Positions 50,387 to 63,300 of a stretch of 64,000 bases of DNA are shown in pieces. The number at the start of each line of letters is the position of its first letter. Within the stretch, counting starts at the first letter, position 1. Made by a program: the position numbers and the translations under genes. Below the pieces are notes generated by a model. The model did no database searches, was not told the DNA's origin, and saw only the letters and a program-made list of their open reading frames with translations. The DNA comes from Lepidodermella squamata (lineage: Eukaryota > Animalia > Gastrotricha). The DNA lies in assembly GCA_047495785.1 (NCBI GenBank), contig JBLDXI010000009.1:558001-622000 (forward strand). Reading direction: 5' to 3'.

Positions 50387-51341
50387 GGTCGCCAATGAGA
50401 AGTTTAAAACACTAGAAATAAAAGAATGAGATACAAATCGACATTTATTATCGTTTCCGTTACTTATATGAAGCGAGCTTTTTCTTGGCTATACGCACAT
50501 AACACAATAAAAGATCACACGCACACATGACACACAAAAAACGTGATGGTACAAGAAAAAGAAAGGACGGAGCATTTGTTTCGTTTGTCATTCAAATTTT
50601 TGCTCGCTCATTCGAGAGCCATCTCTGCAGCGATATAAAAGCAACACAACGCGCATATCTGTCAGGATAACAGAAACAGAGCTGGCCGACTAAAATATTA
50701 ACGTCCTTCACGGGAAACTTGACGCGGCTGTTACCGTTTTTATACGTCAGGCAACTAAACAGTTCCGCGATGATTATTATGCAAATGGGAGCAAATTTTG
50801 ACCAATACGTAAAAAACGGCACATCGGCTATATATGTGACAAGAAAAAAGATGCATTTGAATAGCCGAAACAACACCGAGCACGAATAAGTCATCAATAA
50901 GTCAGGCAGAAAAGTCGCTGCTAAACACGAACTAATACACAAAACATATGATTATTCAACTAAATATAACTAAGAAAATTGAAACGACAAGATGTTAGAA
51001 ATCGTGAAGCGAATGATCGACAGTTTTGAAACGCCGCGATGATGACTGTATTTGCTTCATGTGGCAAGAAGAAAATGGAGCAAACGCGGTAGCAAATGTG
51101 GTACCTGACGCAAACACCAAGTAACGACTGATCGATAACGATCGAACCGAAAAGTGGCGATGTTCATATAATTTTAATAAGATGGAGTTGAAGATTGATT
51201 AATAAACGGCGAGCAGCTGGTAAATAAAGTCTGGTCGAGAAATTTCAATCTTTCACAGTAATATCAATTTCACGCTTGATCGGTCATTATTCTAACTAGC
51301 TACAGGCCATCGAGCACCTTTCAAAGATGAAACCGACACGT

Positions 51342-53140
51342 CTAGTAACCATGACTGGCCACCTCACGAAGCATTTCTTTTGCCATTTCTACTTGAGGGC
51401 GGGCTCCGCGAATTGTCACGATCCGTTGGCCATTCGCTATCGGATCGCCGACGTCAATAGCCGCGCCAGAGCGCGAACGAATGTCCCGAAGCCGTTGACC
51501 TCCGGGACCCATAATAGCACCAGCCGCGGAATTGGGAATTGTGTACTGCTCAGTTACGGGTTCTCCATAGCCAGGGCCAGGCGGGGGAGGACCGGGAGGC
51601 ATGCCAGGGGGTCCGCGATAGTATCCATAAGGATCTTGAGGAGGCGGTGGTCCAGGCGGTCCGCCGTGGGGACCTCCCCATGGTGCCCCTCGAGGCGGGG
51701 CATCATGTTGTTGAGGCGGTGGTCTGAAATTGCGTCCGGCAGCAAAGCCGCCATATCGATCGAAATAGTAAGGGTCCCAGAATCTGGGATCATACGGAAT
51801 CACAGGGCCACGAGGTTCCAGCTTTGCGGTAATATCCAGAATAATTTCCAACGCTTTCAAAATCTGATCAGTTTCGCCGCTGATTATGACGGTGCGGTCC
51901 GTACTTTGCGGACAAACTTCAGTGAAAATTTTGATTTTTGCACCACTCATCTGTTGATGATAATAAAACATGCTGTGAAGAGTAAATTTACAAGTATTGC
52001 GAGTCTACCTCTCGGATCTCTTTCACTTTCGAACCAGCCCTTCCAATTATCCCGCCAGCAACGCTTTGGTGAACGAGGAGGCGGAGCTCGGCTTCGGGAC
52101 CATCACCGCTAGTCCGCTCTCGGTTCTATTATAATCAGCAAATAAATAACGTTCAGCTGAAACCATGCCATTATTTACCCCTTCGAGGATAGGAAGAACT
52201 TCTTTCATCGTATCAAGTATGATCGTTGCATCTCCACGGACAATGAGCAATCTAATTGAACACGAAATGTAATAAATTGTAATAATAGCCCTACAATAAG
52301 GTCGCGCTTGAAAGAGTGGCGATGTCCCAATAACTCTTGAATGGGACATAACGGGTGGCAATAGGAGCTAGAAATAATATCATTCAGCGCTAACTTACTT
52401 TAGCTATCTATATCGTGTAATAGGCGAGCCTATTCTGTAAATTAAATAGATGATAGAGGGAAATACCGTTCAGGCGTTGGAGAGTCCGGGAGTTGGATAC
52501 CAGCTCTATACTGTAAATGGACCAGGAGGCGGTGAGAGATATAACCATCGGCGATGATTGGCGAGGGCGATCGGGGCGGGGTCGATTGTTGCGATTTACA
52601 TCGGAGAAAGCCCAAAAAGAGGCCAGGGAGATACCAAGTGAAAACAAAATATGACCGAGAATTTAGATTTGATTTAAACATGAATGCAAAAGTACAACTA
52701 ACAGGACGTAGGACATTCCGTTCGTTTAAAAAATGATATAAAAACTAAAAGGATACGCACCTTTGCTCTCAATGCTTTTACAACTTCGCCACCTTTACCA
52801 ATGACACCTCCGCCTTGCTGTACAAGAAACCGAGATATGATAAATCAGGCATATTAAATGAATTCTAACCTTTGATTGAATAAGGAAGCGAACTTCGTTT
52901 TCGCCTTCTCCAAGTGGCTTTTGTTCAGCATCGCGAGAACGCTTACCGCCGCCACGATACGCATAATTGTCGCCCTCCACGTCCCTTTTGCCTATAGAGT
53001 GAACAAGCAAATCCTGAAGATTCGGTTAAATAAATGTGAATCGAGCATACCTCTCATTTGCGGCCCTTGTTTATATTCCTAAAGAGTAAGTCAGTAATCA
53101 GTATACATGAAAGTTATAAATATCAACAGCACACCTGCAT
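51342..53140 (-). CDS. HNRNPK: Heterogeneous nuclear ribonucleoprotein K (3 KH domains, multi-exon)
   Basis: KH1 VRFLIQSK|QGGGVIGKGG...IQLPDSPTPER; KH2 LRLLVHQSVAGGIIGRAG...CPQSTDR; PYDPRFWDP; Pro/Gly-rich region; KH3 IPNSAAGAIMGPGG. Confidence 0.9.
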
Positions 53141-54039
53141 TGCACCGAGAGAGAACCTAATCGCATAAGTACTTCAGAAAATAGTACCTAAGTGTGAGCA
53201 GAAGTTTAAGAATGACTACTTTTTGAATTAGAAAATTTTAGCCGCCTGTAGGCTGGCAATAGACCGACAGTTGGAGGTAAATCCCACGATTCTAAAGCGG
53301 CACTGAGACTTGATACTTCTGCAATGGTTGATATGATAGCTGTTTCTGGCGTAGCAGAGGGAATATGAGACCGTCCGCCAGAAAAGCAATAAAACCTAAA
53401 GCCTAGAACAATTGTGCCATGATTCACAATCGAAAAACAGCCATTGTGTGCGGACTCTTCAAGACAAATCGCAAACAACCATTTTATAGTTTATTGCTTT
53501 TCTAGCTAACAGAATCACAGAGAACGGTCGCCACTGATACAGACGCATACAGAAGGGGACACATGCACAGTCAGACATCCTAATGGTTTAGTTTCTTTAC
53601 GCGAGTTATACGATGGAAGATGCAATAAGGACTGGTGGCTGGTGGCAGTTATAGTAAAATCTATAAGCAGCAAATGCATTCGCAAGCCACAATTCGTTTG
53701 AAGTTTGAAGGGAAATCTGGAAAATTTAAAGAACAGATGAAATAGGGAACCAGCTGGAGTGGAAGTGCACGAGTAAGGGTACGTTCGACGTTCGAAGGTA
53801 TACGCGCAACGCAAAGCAAACGGACCAAAAATACAGCAGCGACTCAGCTATTTCAGCGCCGAGAGAGCCGCCGTTGATTTCGCAACAGTTTTCCGCTTTT
53901 GAGAACATTTGTTAAATTATAATCAAGTATCATATAAAATAAAAAAATGATGCTATTTTTCCATTATAAAATATCTTTGATCTAAAGCTTGATGTTTTTG
54001 CTAATACTTTTGCCGCATGCTTTATATAATTTTTCGACA

Positions 54040-54420
54040 AACCAGGCGCCAAGCTAGAGCTCAACGAGCTGGAATCCGATCCGATCACTGCTGCGGAATC
54101 CGTATCATTTCCCGTTGAAACACTTCTCCAAGACCTTCAATGGCTTTCGCTCCGTGGACGAAGAAACGTGCACGTTATCACAATTATGTGGTAGATCCTG
54201 CTCGACAAAGCGCCCGGCTTGCTGATTGAAGCCTTCTCGAGGGAAGCCGGCACCAACACAAGGACCACCGATCAGTGCACTTTCTTCAATAGCGGCACCA
54301 AAGCCTGGAACAACACTCGCAGCTTCATGCGCAAACTCGGATCCTCCACAGCCACTCGTCAAGCCGCCTGTCTTGTTGATTTTGTCATGGAGCAACTGGA
54401 CCACCAATGGATCGAATTTG
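54040..54420 (+). mobile_element. LINE (CR1/L2-like) ORF2 C-terminal remnant
   Basis: LLQDLQWLSLRGRRNVHVITIMW*ILLDKAPGLL...NTR...FFNSGTKAWNN matches the post-RT LINE pattern (L..L.WL.L..RR......YKIL...AP.YL...NTR...SFF....LWN). Contains an internal stop. Confidence 0.7.
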
Positions 54421-55195
54421 AGCTATTTTACAATTATTTTTTACTCGAGATTCTGTAGTATCGATAGCACCCATGAAAACCATCACTTACGATGAACGGG
54501 CAGCTCTAGCTCTAACTCTTCAGCCCAAGAAAACCGCCAGAAATGGCAATTGTCATCCATCCATCCATCTTTTTTTGTCGAGAACAGAATCATGGCGAAG
54601 TTTACATATTCCAAGACATTTTGACGACTCATATGCACCTCGGCTTCGCCTCTGTCACCATCTCGAAGCAGGCCTCCCCTAGGGAACTCTGAATATATAC
54701 GTTAAGAAACGCTGTGCTCTGCGAAAATAGAACGAAGCCTGTCCAGTCCCATTAACAATAAAACGTACCCTTAGTCAAGAAACATATCGAAAAAGGTAAT
54801 CCGATTTGCTTAACAAAATGTGCTCCCTTGATTTGCCCCGAATATCCCGAAAGTGTGAACGCATTATGAATGTGTATGATGCTTCCGCATCATCGAAAGC
54901 ATCGACGAGTTTCATCCATTCGAAGAAAACTGTTTCTCGCCAGACTTTTCATGAATAATTTGAACATGCTGCTACAGCTGGATGAAATATCCTGTGACCA
55001 TCAGCAACGTAGAGCTTGTGAAATGCGATGGTAGTTTCTTAGCTTGAAAGTTATATTTAACAACAAGAATAGACAAATACTATCTCGATTTATTTAAAGG
55101 CAGCAATAAAAATCGCTGTCTATGCAAAATCAGTGGTGTTGACGAGCGACGGATTTTCATTAACATATATAATTATAATTGATAAATATACAGCT

Positions 55196-56541
55196 TCATT
55201 TTCCCATGTTATTTGAATTTCCAGTATTATTAGAAGCAGCATTGCTACTGAGCTGACGCAATCTTGCTTTGTGCAGCACTTCGATTTGCTTTTTCCGCTC
55301 GGCTATTCTTGTGGGGACCACTTGCTTCAGAGGCGGAAGATGAATGGTCGAGCGTCCAATTTCCACTGGCAGCGTGTTTGCATTATTCGTGCTGTCTCCA
55401 ACAGCGTGAGGCGGCGGTTGACTCGGCGGTCTTGGAACAAGGCTGTTGGTAACCATCATAGTTCCGCTCGCGTTACCGTTCGACGTCGGTGCACCAATAT
55501 TGAGAGCGGTTGGAATATTGTCGGGGCTCATCGGCCTGACGGTTCAAATTAATAACAATATGCTTAAGCGAAATTTATGGAGATTACTTATGAGAGAATA
55601 GATCACCGGCAAGTTTGGGAAGTCGGACACCATCAGCCAACATTTTATTCCGACTTGACAATAAGCCCACATCTGGAGCGGCTCTATAGGTCGAAAGCAG
55701 GTCTTTCAGCTCAGATTTTAATCTTGTAACCTTAGAAAGAGAATACTTCTGTCATAATAAAAAAAAAACCCATGAACGATAGTCATCACCTCGAGCGCTT
55801 GTTGCTCATTTACAAGTTGCAGGTGTTTAATTATTCGATCGCAGTGTTCTAACGCTCGTGTATGCATAGAAAGCTGAAGTTGTTGTTGCGGATCATCGCC
55901 GATGTCGTCCATAGAAGCACTAGATAAAACAATTGCATTTTTGTAATTTCATTAAATAGGCAAATCTTGATATCAGACCCGTGAATCGAAGACTGCTGAT
56001 CCATGATCTTTTCCAGTAAACCGCTTTTCTGTTTCGCCTCTTCCAGAGCAGCTTTCAGCTCCTCAATGTCCTTCCTCAGCCTTAAGATGGTTTGCTCTTG
56101 CTGATTATCACCCGCTGCAAATGGTGCGACTGGTGGTTTGCGGCTTCCAGCTTCGGCCTTGTTGATCTTTTCAGCAGTGACTGTATTTTCACTCATCATC
56201 AGCTTGTACTGAAGGTCTCTGTTTTCTTTTTTAAGCTTATCAACTTCGTCATGTAAGCCGCTAAGTAATTCGTGCTGCTGAACCTTCAGAAATTGAATAC
56301 TTTTGTCCAGGTGCTTTGCCAGCTCCTGAACATCTATCCCCGAAAATGAGCTCGGAGCTACAGTTGAAATATCTATAGGAGCGCCACATCTATCGCATGC
56401 CACTGGTTCAGATATGATAATTTCACGCTCCCTAACGTCACGAGGTTTGCTTGGAGCAACTGTTCGTTCCACAATGCCAAATCTTGGCCACTGAGGCAAG
56501 CTACTGATCGGCGGAATATTGCTATTGGTAACCACTTCCAT
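55196..56541 (-). CDS. CCDC74: Coiled-coil domain-containing protein 74-like (multi-exon; start uncertain)
   Basis: LDKSIQFLKVQQHELLSGLHDEVDKLKKENRDLQYKLMM (CCDC92/74 N domain) and LPPLKQ...AERKKQIEVLHKARLR (CCDC74 C domain). Confidence 0.8.
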
Positions 56542-58429
56542 TTGCGGAAGAAAAATATATCAATTCATTAAACAGAAGTTTAGTTCCTATAACACTGAAT
56601 GAAAAATAGTGTAATTTCAAATTGAGCAAACAAAAAACGCATAAAATTGGAGAAGACTGGTATGCCGCTATTTCCCAGAATTGTTCATCGCCTGTTCTAT
56701 AGTACACCAAATCATGAAGGTCTAAAGGAAAATCATCAGCCATCGTCACATTAGCTATGAATTTAATGAAACTGCCCAACTATGTTCTGATTCCCGTACG
56801 GGATTCTGTACCGTAATTCCCGTTCTAATTCCTACTACAGGAGAAGTTCTACTACTAGCGTGCATAATTAAGTATACTGCACCAATTTGCTGATAACTGG
56901 ACGTCAAAGTTAGCGTTTGACCTTAACAATGCCATTTATTTATAATTCCGAGTTGTGATATTTAGCGTATCTTAATGCAATATGAAAAATCAAATAGCTG
57001 CGAATAAGATGCGAATAAGAAAGGCAATAGTTGCGACAGATAAGATGTTACTTTATAAGGATAGAGGGGTAGGTACGATACGGGTAGCTATGATAGTGGT
57101 AGGGTATTGACTAAATCGGCGCCGCTAACGTCACAACGAACAACGTCACAACTGTACTGCCCTTTTTATGATCTAGCTCTGACTAAGGATGACAACAAAC
57201 TATTTAACTTGTTTGTTCCTCTAGCATCCAACAATTAGAGGTGTATGGCTACCCAAGTATATGCCCTTGAGCGATGCCCGCGGGCATATCCGTGTGAAAA
57301 GCTCGAGATCGCAAGTCATATCACATCAGCCTAAGACCACAAGTTGAAAAGCGCCAAGAAGCGAAACCAGTCGATCGCACTTCTAAGGCAGAGACGAAAG
57401 AAAGCGGGCAGTTCCCGAAATATACGTTGCCATAGTTATCAAAATAATCGATAATAAATTTTGCTTTTACTTAAATTAAGCTTTTACTATTGTATTTTAT
57501 ATTATTAAATGTCAAAAATAAACATGTGTTTTGGCGGGCACAGATCTTCGTGAAATGCAAAATTGTTTGAATTGAAAAATTGATTTTTTTCGCAATTTTT
57601 GCAGCTCTTACCCAGTTCGTTTTTTCTCATTCACCCTCAGTCCTGGGGCCCTTTTTCAATCTCTCTTAATATTTTAATGTTGGTTTTTCAAAAGAGACAG
57701 CGACGAATGGAGAAGGGTTTTGTTTTGTTTTGAGCTGTGTGCTGTGTCCACCGCCAGGTGAAACATTGCTAGCTGCTTACTCTAACTCATTGAACGATGA
57801 TTGGGCTTTCTCAATTCAACCCAACCCCAATAATAGAGTAAAAAAACTGGCGATAGGCGATTGCGTTAATGGATTAATCCTTTCGGTTATTGGTTTTATT
57901 AGGGTTCCTCTTGCTCCTTGCCTTATGCCGATGATCGTAGGTCTATCAAAAATGTTCCAAAGAGTGAGGGAAAGCGCAAAGCCTCGAAAAATATCTATCA
58001 TTAGATAGTGCATGCTGGTTCGACGATGTCGACTGACTATTTTATAGACTCAGTGATTAGTGGGTGACAGCCGCCGTTTGCCGTAATGCTAGTTCTGTCA
58101 AATCCACCTTATTGGGCGGGTTCGGTCGAAACCTTTATGTTACTGAAGCTATATTTCGCATAACTGCTACTAGATCAGCGATAAAGGATGAAGTTTCGAT
58201 CGCATCTTCAGTTAAGTAATTTAAAAATTCAGTTTCGTTACTTGATTCCTGTGGCTTGACTGATCGGGGATCATGCGCCACGGGAGTTCCGGTAAAAAAG
58301 GGCGACTCCGTTTTATCAATCGGTTAAAATAATAGCGAGCGGTTTCAGCGTATCGATTTTTTTCGAGTTTTCAATTAATAATATCGACATCATCAAATTC
58401 AATCAAATCGGTCGAAATCGCCGAAAAAG

Positions 58430-58552
58430 CGTCAGCTAAAGCTCGCTTCGCTCGCAAATAGGCTTTTTAGTTGTTTTTTAGACCCCTAAATTTACGAAGC
58501 CGCAGGTAAAAACAATTATCACCCCCAAAATTAAATCCTGGCTACGCCTCTG
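58430..58552. mobile_element. Solo terminal remnant of a non-autonomous DNA transposon/MITE
   Basis: GCTCGCTTCGCTCGC followed by AAATCCTGGCTACGCCTCTG, a common invertebrate MITE end motif. No partner TIR seen in the window. Confidence 0.45.
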
Positions 58553-58767
58553 CCAAGCAGTTAGAAATTATCTGCCATATGTGTTTTTTCAATAAAAGTT
58601 CGAGTTTCTTCTAGAGATTTTGACGGGTCTCACGATGTCAATACCCCCTTATTTTTGCGTATAGTTTGAAAGTGCTATCTTATGATGTTCATCTACCGGT
58701 AAATAGTCTCTTAAAAATATTTGGTTTATTTGCTTCGAACATTCAACAGCTATTTTTTGAGGCGACG

Positions 58768-60729
58768 ATGACGGCGGCGAAAACATCTGACGCCACTGTT
58801 GCCGTGCTGTATGCTACGCAGACTGGTGTCTCGAAGTCGATTGCCGAAAAGATTGTTGAGCTATTATCAGGAATTTCTATCGCCAGCATTAATATTCATA
58901 GCTTTGACGAAATATCAGTCGAGCAGATGTGTTCATTTCGCATCGCCATTATCGTTTGTAGTAGCACTGGTCAAGGCGACCCTCCTGAATCCGCTTCAAA
59001 GCTTTTTCGGCAATTAAGACGCTTGCTATCTGAAGATAAAAAACGACTTGATCATTTACGCTTCACTATTCTTGGCCTAGGTGATTCTAACTACCAGACG
59101 TTTGGAGCGTTTCCAAAAACTTTACATAAGACAATATTGAGCCTCGGAGCAACTACTTTTTACGATTTCGCTCTTGCAGACGACGCGGTTGGGCTTGACG
59201 CAGTTGTTGAACCCTGGTTGGCTGGAATAGCATCCGCAACTTCAAAAGAGCTTGGCGCTAACCCGCTTGATAAAGTAGAAGACTTATCAATCAATTTGAA
59301 AGCAATGAGTGGCATCATTGACGGCAAGCACGTCTTGACTGTTGATCACGACATCAAAATTCCGGAAAAGGGTCTAAAGCTGCCGTCGCTTCCGCCAGCG
59401 GCTCTCACAGTTTCGTTCGGCAAGGACGAAACAACTTCAGAAATAACTGGTGAAGATTTTGCGAAACAATACTACAAGCAAAATTATTTTGGTTCAAGTT
59501 CCCCAGTCGTGCACTTGCCAGTATTGGGTGCGAAAGTTCTAACTTCTCCATCTGCGTTGAAACCTGTTTATGAAATTATACTAAATGGCTCTGAGCTACC
59601 CACTGTGGGAGATCTCCAACCAGGAGATTCCTTCAGTCTTTTGTGTCCAAACGATTCTAATGAAGTTGCTCAGCTTATTGAGAAGCTTGGACTTGCTGAT
59701 GTAGCCGATTTCTCTATGGAATTGTCACAGAAGGTTCCGAGCCACTTGCAATGCAAGGAAACGGCTTTGACGCTACGGTATTGCTTACAATATTGCCTCG
59801 ATATCCGTTCAGCGCCGAAAAAAGCCTTTCTGGCTTTGATGGCATCACTGGCGACTGATGCAAATGAAAAATTTGAGTTGCAATACTTGTCAAGCTTCGA
59901 GGGCAGCCAAGATTTCTCGAGTTATATCAGAGAGGCACAACTTTCTTTGTTGGACCTATTTCTGCTTTTCCCTTCAGTGAAATTGACGGCTTCTCAGCTG
60001 TTGGATAACCTGCCGCCTCTGAAGCCGCGGTCCTACTCCTTAGCAAATTGGCCATCATGCTCGCCTGAAAAATTACTGCGCTTCGCGTTTTCCGAAGTGT
60101 TCTTGCCGCAAGTTGACTCTCGGCGTCAATACGACCGGCATGGGGTTTGCACGCATTTCTTGTTGAGTGCAGTCACTTCTATAAATAATGGGACACCTGT
60201 CTCCTTACCGGTATTCACTAGAACCGTTCAAGCCTTTCGCTTGCCAGCTGAAATATCAACCCCGCTAGTGTTTGTAAGTGCTGGAACCGGCATAACGCCC
60301 TACTTGGGATTTTTGGAATATCTTGCTGACAAGAAGGCGAAGGGTGAATCTTTAGCGCCAGTTTGGCTTTTCCACGGTTGCCGTAATAAGGACGATGACT
60401 TTGTTTATCGCGCAGAGGTTGAAAAATGGGTCAACAATGGATTGATTGCGAAACTAGTGTTGGCTTGTTCTCGGCAGGATCCGCTTCAAGAAAGTGGCTC
60501 TCGGACTTACGTCCAACATAAATTGCTTGAAAACGGGAAAGATTTGATCGATTTGAATCCACCTGCTATAATTTATGCTTGTGGGGACGCGGCAAGAATG
60601 GCTCCTTCGTTACGTGAAGCTCTCATTGCTATTGTCAAAGAGCACACGGGCGTTTCGCAAGAGGAGGCCCTCTCCGTGTTCAAGCAGTGGACGAAAAGCG
60701 GTCGCTACAAGGAAGATGTTTGGCGATAA
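58768..60729 (+). CDS. MTRR: Methionine synthase reductase (intronless diflavin reductase)
   Basis: YATQTG, STGQGDPP, LGLGDSNY, MTRR-type DDAVGLDAVVEPW, RSYS, AGTGITP, terminal DVW. Confidence 0.92.
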   Translation: MTAAKTSDATVAVLYATQTGVSKSIAEKIVELLSGISIASINIHSFDEISVEQMCSFRIAIIVCSSTGQGDPPESASKLFRQLRRLLSEDKKRLDHLRFTILGLGDSNYQTFGAFPKTLHKTILSLGATTFYDFALADDAVGLDAVVEPWLAGIASATSKELGANPLDKVEDLSINLKAMSGIIDGKHVLTVDHDIKIPEKGLKLPSLPPAALTVSFGKDETTSEITGEDFAKQYYKQNYFGSSSPVVHLPVLGAKVLTSPSALKPVYEIILNGSELPTVGDLQPGDSFSLLCPNDSNEVAQLIEKLGLADVADFSMELSQKVPSHLQCKETALTLRYCLQYCLDIRSAPKKAFLALMASLATDANEKFELQYLSSFEGSQDFSSYIREAQLSLLDLFLLFPSVKLTASQLLDNLPPLKPRSYSLANWPSCSPEKLLRFAFSEVFLPQVDSRRQYDRHGVCTHFLLSAVTSINNGTPVSLPVFTRTVQAFRLPAEISTPLVFVSAGTGITPYLGFLEYLADKKAKGESLAPVWLFHGCRNKDDDFVYRAEVEKWVNNGLIAKLVLACSRQDPLQESGSRTYVQHKLLENGKDLIDLNPPAIIYACGDAARMAPSLREALIAIVKEHTGVSQEEALSVFKQWTKSGRYKEDVWR

Positions 60730-60866
60730 TTGTTAAATTTTATCTGGTAGAAGGGCTGTAATAAATTCAACTATTTTTCGTCGCCATTTACTGATTTATT
60801 GACGCAATTTACATTATTTTTACTTTGTTGTTCTGTATTCTGTAGATTTTATTAAAATAATCAGCA

Positions 60867-63300
60867 ATGCCGAGGTATTTTATTACGTGTAAACAAAACT
60901 CCTCACTAAAAACCGAGCTGTTTGCCGATGGCACAAGTGAATTCGCCATCGGGCGTGGTTACGAAAACAACCTCATCCTAGTGAAAAACAAACTAATATC
61001 CCGCCGGCATTGTCAACTATTCAAAGAACCAAACAAGACGATACGACTGATGGCTGATACGGATGTGAACGGCGTTGTCATCAACGATCGTTTGCTGATT
61101 CTGAGCGGCGAGTCCGTACTGCTTCGGAATGGCGACGAATTTTACGTTGTTCATAGCCGAAAGCGGCCCGAGCAGAACTTATGTTTTATCGTCTCGATCG
61201 AGTCGACCTCTGAAGATGAGACTAATGAGAAATCTGACGAGTTGTCTCACTCTGAAATCAACATTCCATCAAGCCTTGGTGCTAGTTTCGCCGTTGTAGG
61301 TGTTGGCCTAGGTGGTAGCCGTTCGAATGAAGACGGCAGCAGTGATAGCGCTTCGCCTGAGCAATCAGTCACGCCTACGAACCAAAAACCGGCAGATGAA
61401 CAGCCACAAAGCATGTCCAGCGCCACGAAAGCTGCTCTGAAGCCGGAAGCGCAACTTTCGTCGTCGCTGCAGTGTTCGATCTGCTTGTCAATTCTGTACG
61501 ACCCTGTCACTCTATCGCCTTGCATGCACAACTTCTGCGCTGGCTGCTGTTCCGGCTGGCTGGCAACCAATCGGAGATGCCCGTCGTGCCGCCATAAAAT
61601 TTCGCTGCTCAGCAAGAATCCAAGCCTGCGAGCTATTTTGGACGGCTACGTTGCCACCAATCCTGAAGCTGCGAAGCCTAGCGAAGAGAAGGCAATCCTG
61701 GACGCTGCGAATCGGCTGCATTTCGAGCGACCTTTCATATCCGGCAGCTGCCTGCCGCTCAACGAGCGTGGCGGTGATATGATGCGGCCAGCTGGCGACG
61801 ATGCCACCAATTCGGATGCTAACCCGACAGGTAAATATGCCAAAAATTACATTTCGAACCGACAAAACTTTGGTAAATAAGCCAATAAACACCTTGTAAC
61901 AATTTCTTGTGCCATCTCCAGTGGCACGAAACGATTAAACAGAATTGGTAATAATTTGTGCATTGATAAAACGAAATTCAAGTGTTTTCATTTTCATCAC
62001 CATCACTTCAAAACGATTCTCACGCAGTGTTTTCAGCTTGTTATCGCTTGTTTAGTACCGTAATATTGAGAGGACACACTCAACGGAGGAGTAGGATTTT
62101 TTCAAGCTCAGAAAGCTTTTACCAGACTAAAACCGTTTGAACACGATATTGGCCCAATAACTTCTACTATCAATTGCATTTGAACAGAAAGTAGTGCCGA
62201 CTCGAATTCTGACGACGAAAGTGGAAGCTCAGATGACGATAGCAATTTGTCGACAACTGACGACAGCGACGATGACAGCGACGACAATGAACAGGCGAAC
62301 GGATGGCCGCTTGGTTCTGATACTGAAATTGAAGAAAACGACATACCCGAGCGGCATGAGTTTGAGCATGATGTGCATTCAACAGAGCCGATTTGCCGAC
62401 ATTGCGTGCCGGCCGAGGGTGCAACAACCAACGGCAAAGGGAAAAAGAACAAGCCGCCAGCAGCTGCCGATGCAGCTTCTGCCTCAGGCGAGCCGCGTTT
62501 TGTGTGCTCAGACCCGACTCAACACGTTTTGTGCAATTGCTGTGATAGTCCGATGCCGGATCGGCGTATTGACAGGTCAGCTCCGCCTCAAACCTGCTTG
62601 ATCTGCTCGCTCGAATTCTGCAATATGTACTGGCCTTCCGGGTGTCAAAACGGCCAGTGCTCCCCGGGTTGTTTGAAGCTGCTCCGTGATATCGATCTAC
62701 ATACCTTACTTGAGGAAAATCTCGCCTCAGCCCCGGGTGATTCATCTGTCGCTATTCTCCTATTCGGCAATGTTCACGAAACGAACCAGCTTCGGTCTTA
62801 CCTCCAGCGACAGGGAATCTCGGCGAATCAACTGAGAGATATCCTGCTTGACGGGCTGCAATCAGGAAAATACACGACAAAAGCAAAAACTCTGATCGGT
62901 CAGCGCCCTGATCGAAGTACCCCAGTCTGCGGCTATTGTCGCGTCAACATTGTGCAAGGTATTCACCGCTTAAGTATAATTGAAAAAACTTGGGGTAACA
63001 TTTTATTTAAATTGGACAGATTTGCTTTTTGCTTATCGGATGGAAACTCGTGATCCTGTGTCAGACCATCGCCCTAACTGCCCGCATGGGCGCTACTGCG
63101 TCTCGCAGAGCCAGGACTCGACTCACGCGACTGTCGTAAACCACATTTGCGAACCGACGCCACCCGGCATTGTGATTGACGCGCAAACTTTCGAATATTC
63201 GACAATCAAGCTGTCGGCGGAGAGCAGCAGTAACAACATCAATAACTCGGCTCAAAAGAGCAACAACCGGGAACACGGGAGCTATATGGACCTCGACTGA
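60867..63300 (+). CDS. CHFR: E3 ubiquitin ligase CHFR (exons ~60867-61830, 62188-62957, 63019-63300)
   Basis: FHA (IGRG...ISRRHC...NG), RING (CSIC...PCMHNFC..C...CPSC), Cys-rich HVLCNCC..PMPDR, PBZ-like RPNCPHGRYC...H...NHIC. Confidence 0.92.

Noticed and set aside
51327-52112. 261-aa + strand ORF
   Set aside because: Antisense to the GC-rich HNRNPK exons.
57730-58013. Possible MULE transposase remnant (LWNIFDR...TNN)
   Set aside because: Similarity is too short and needs frameshifts.
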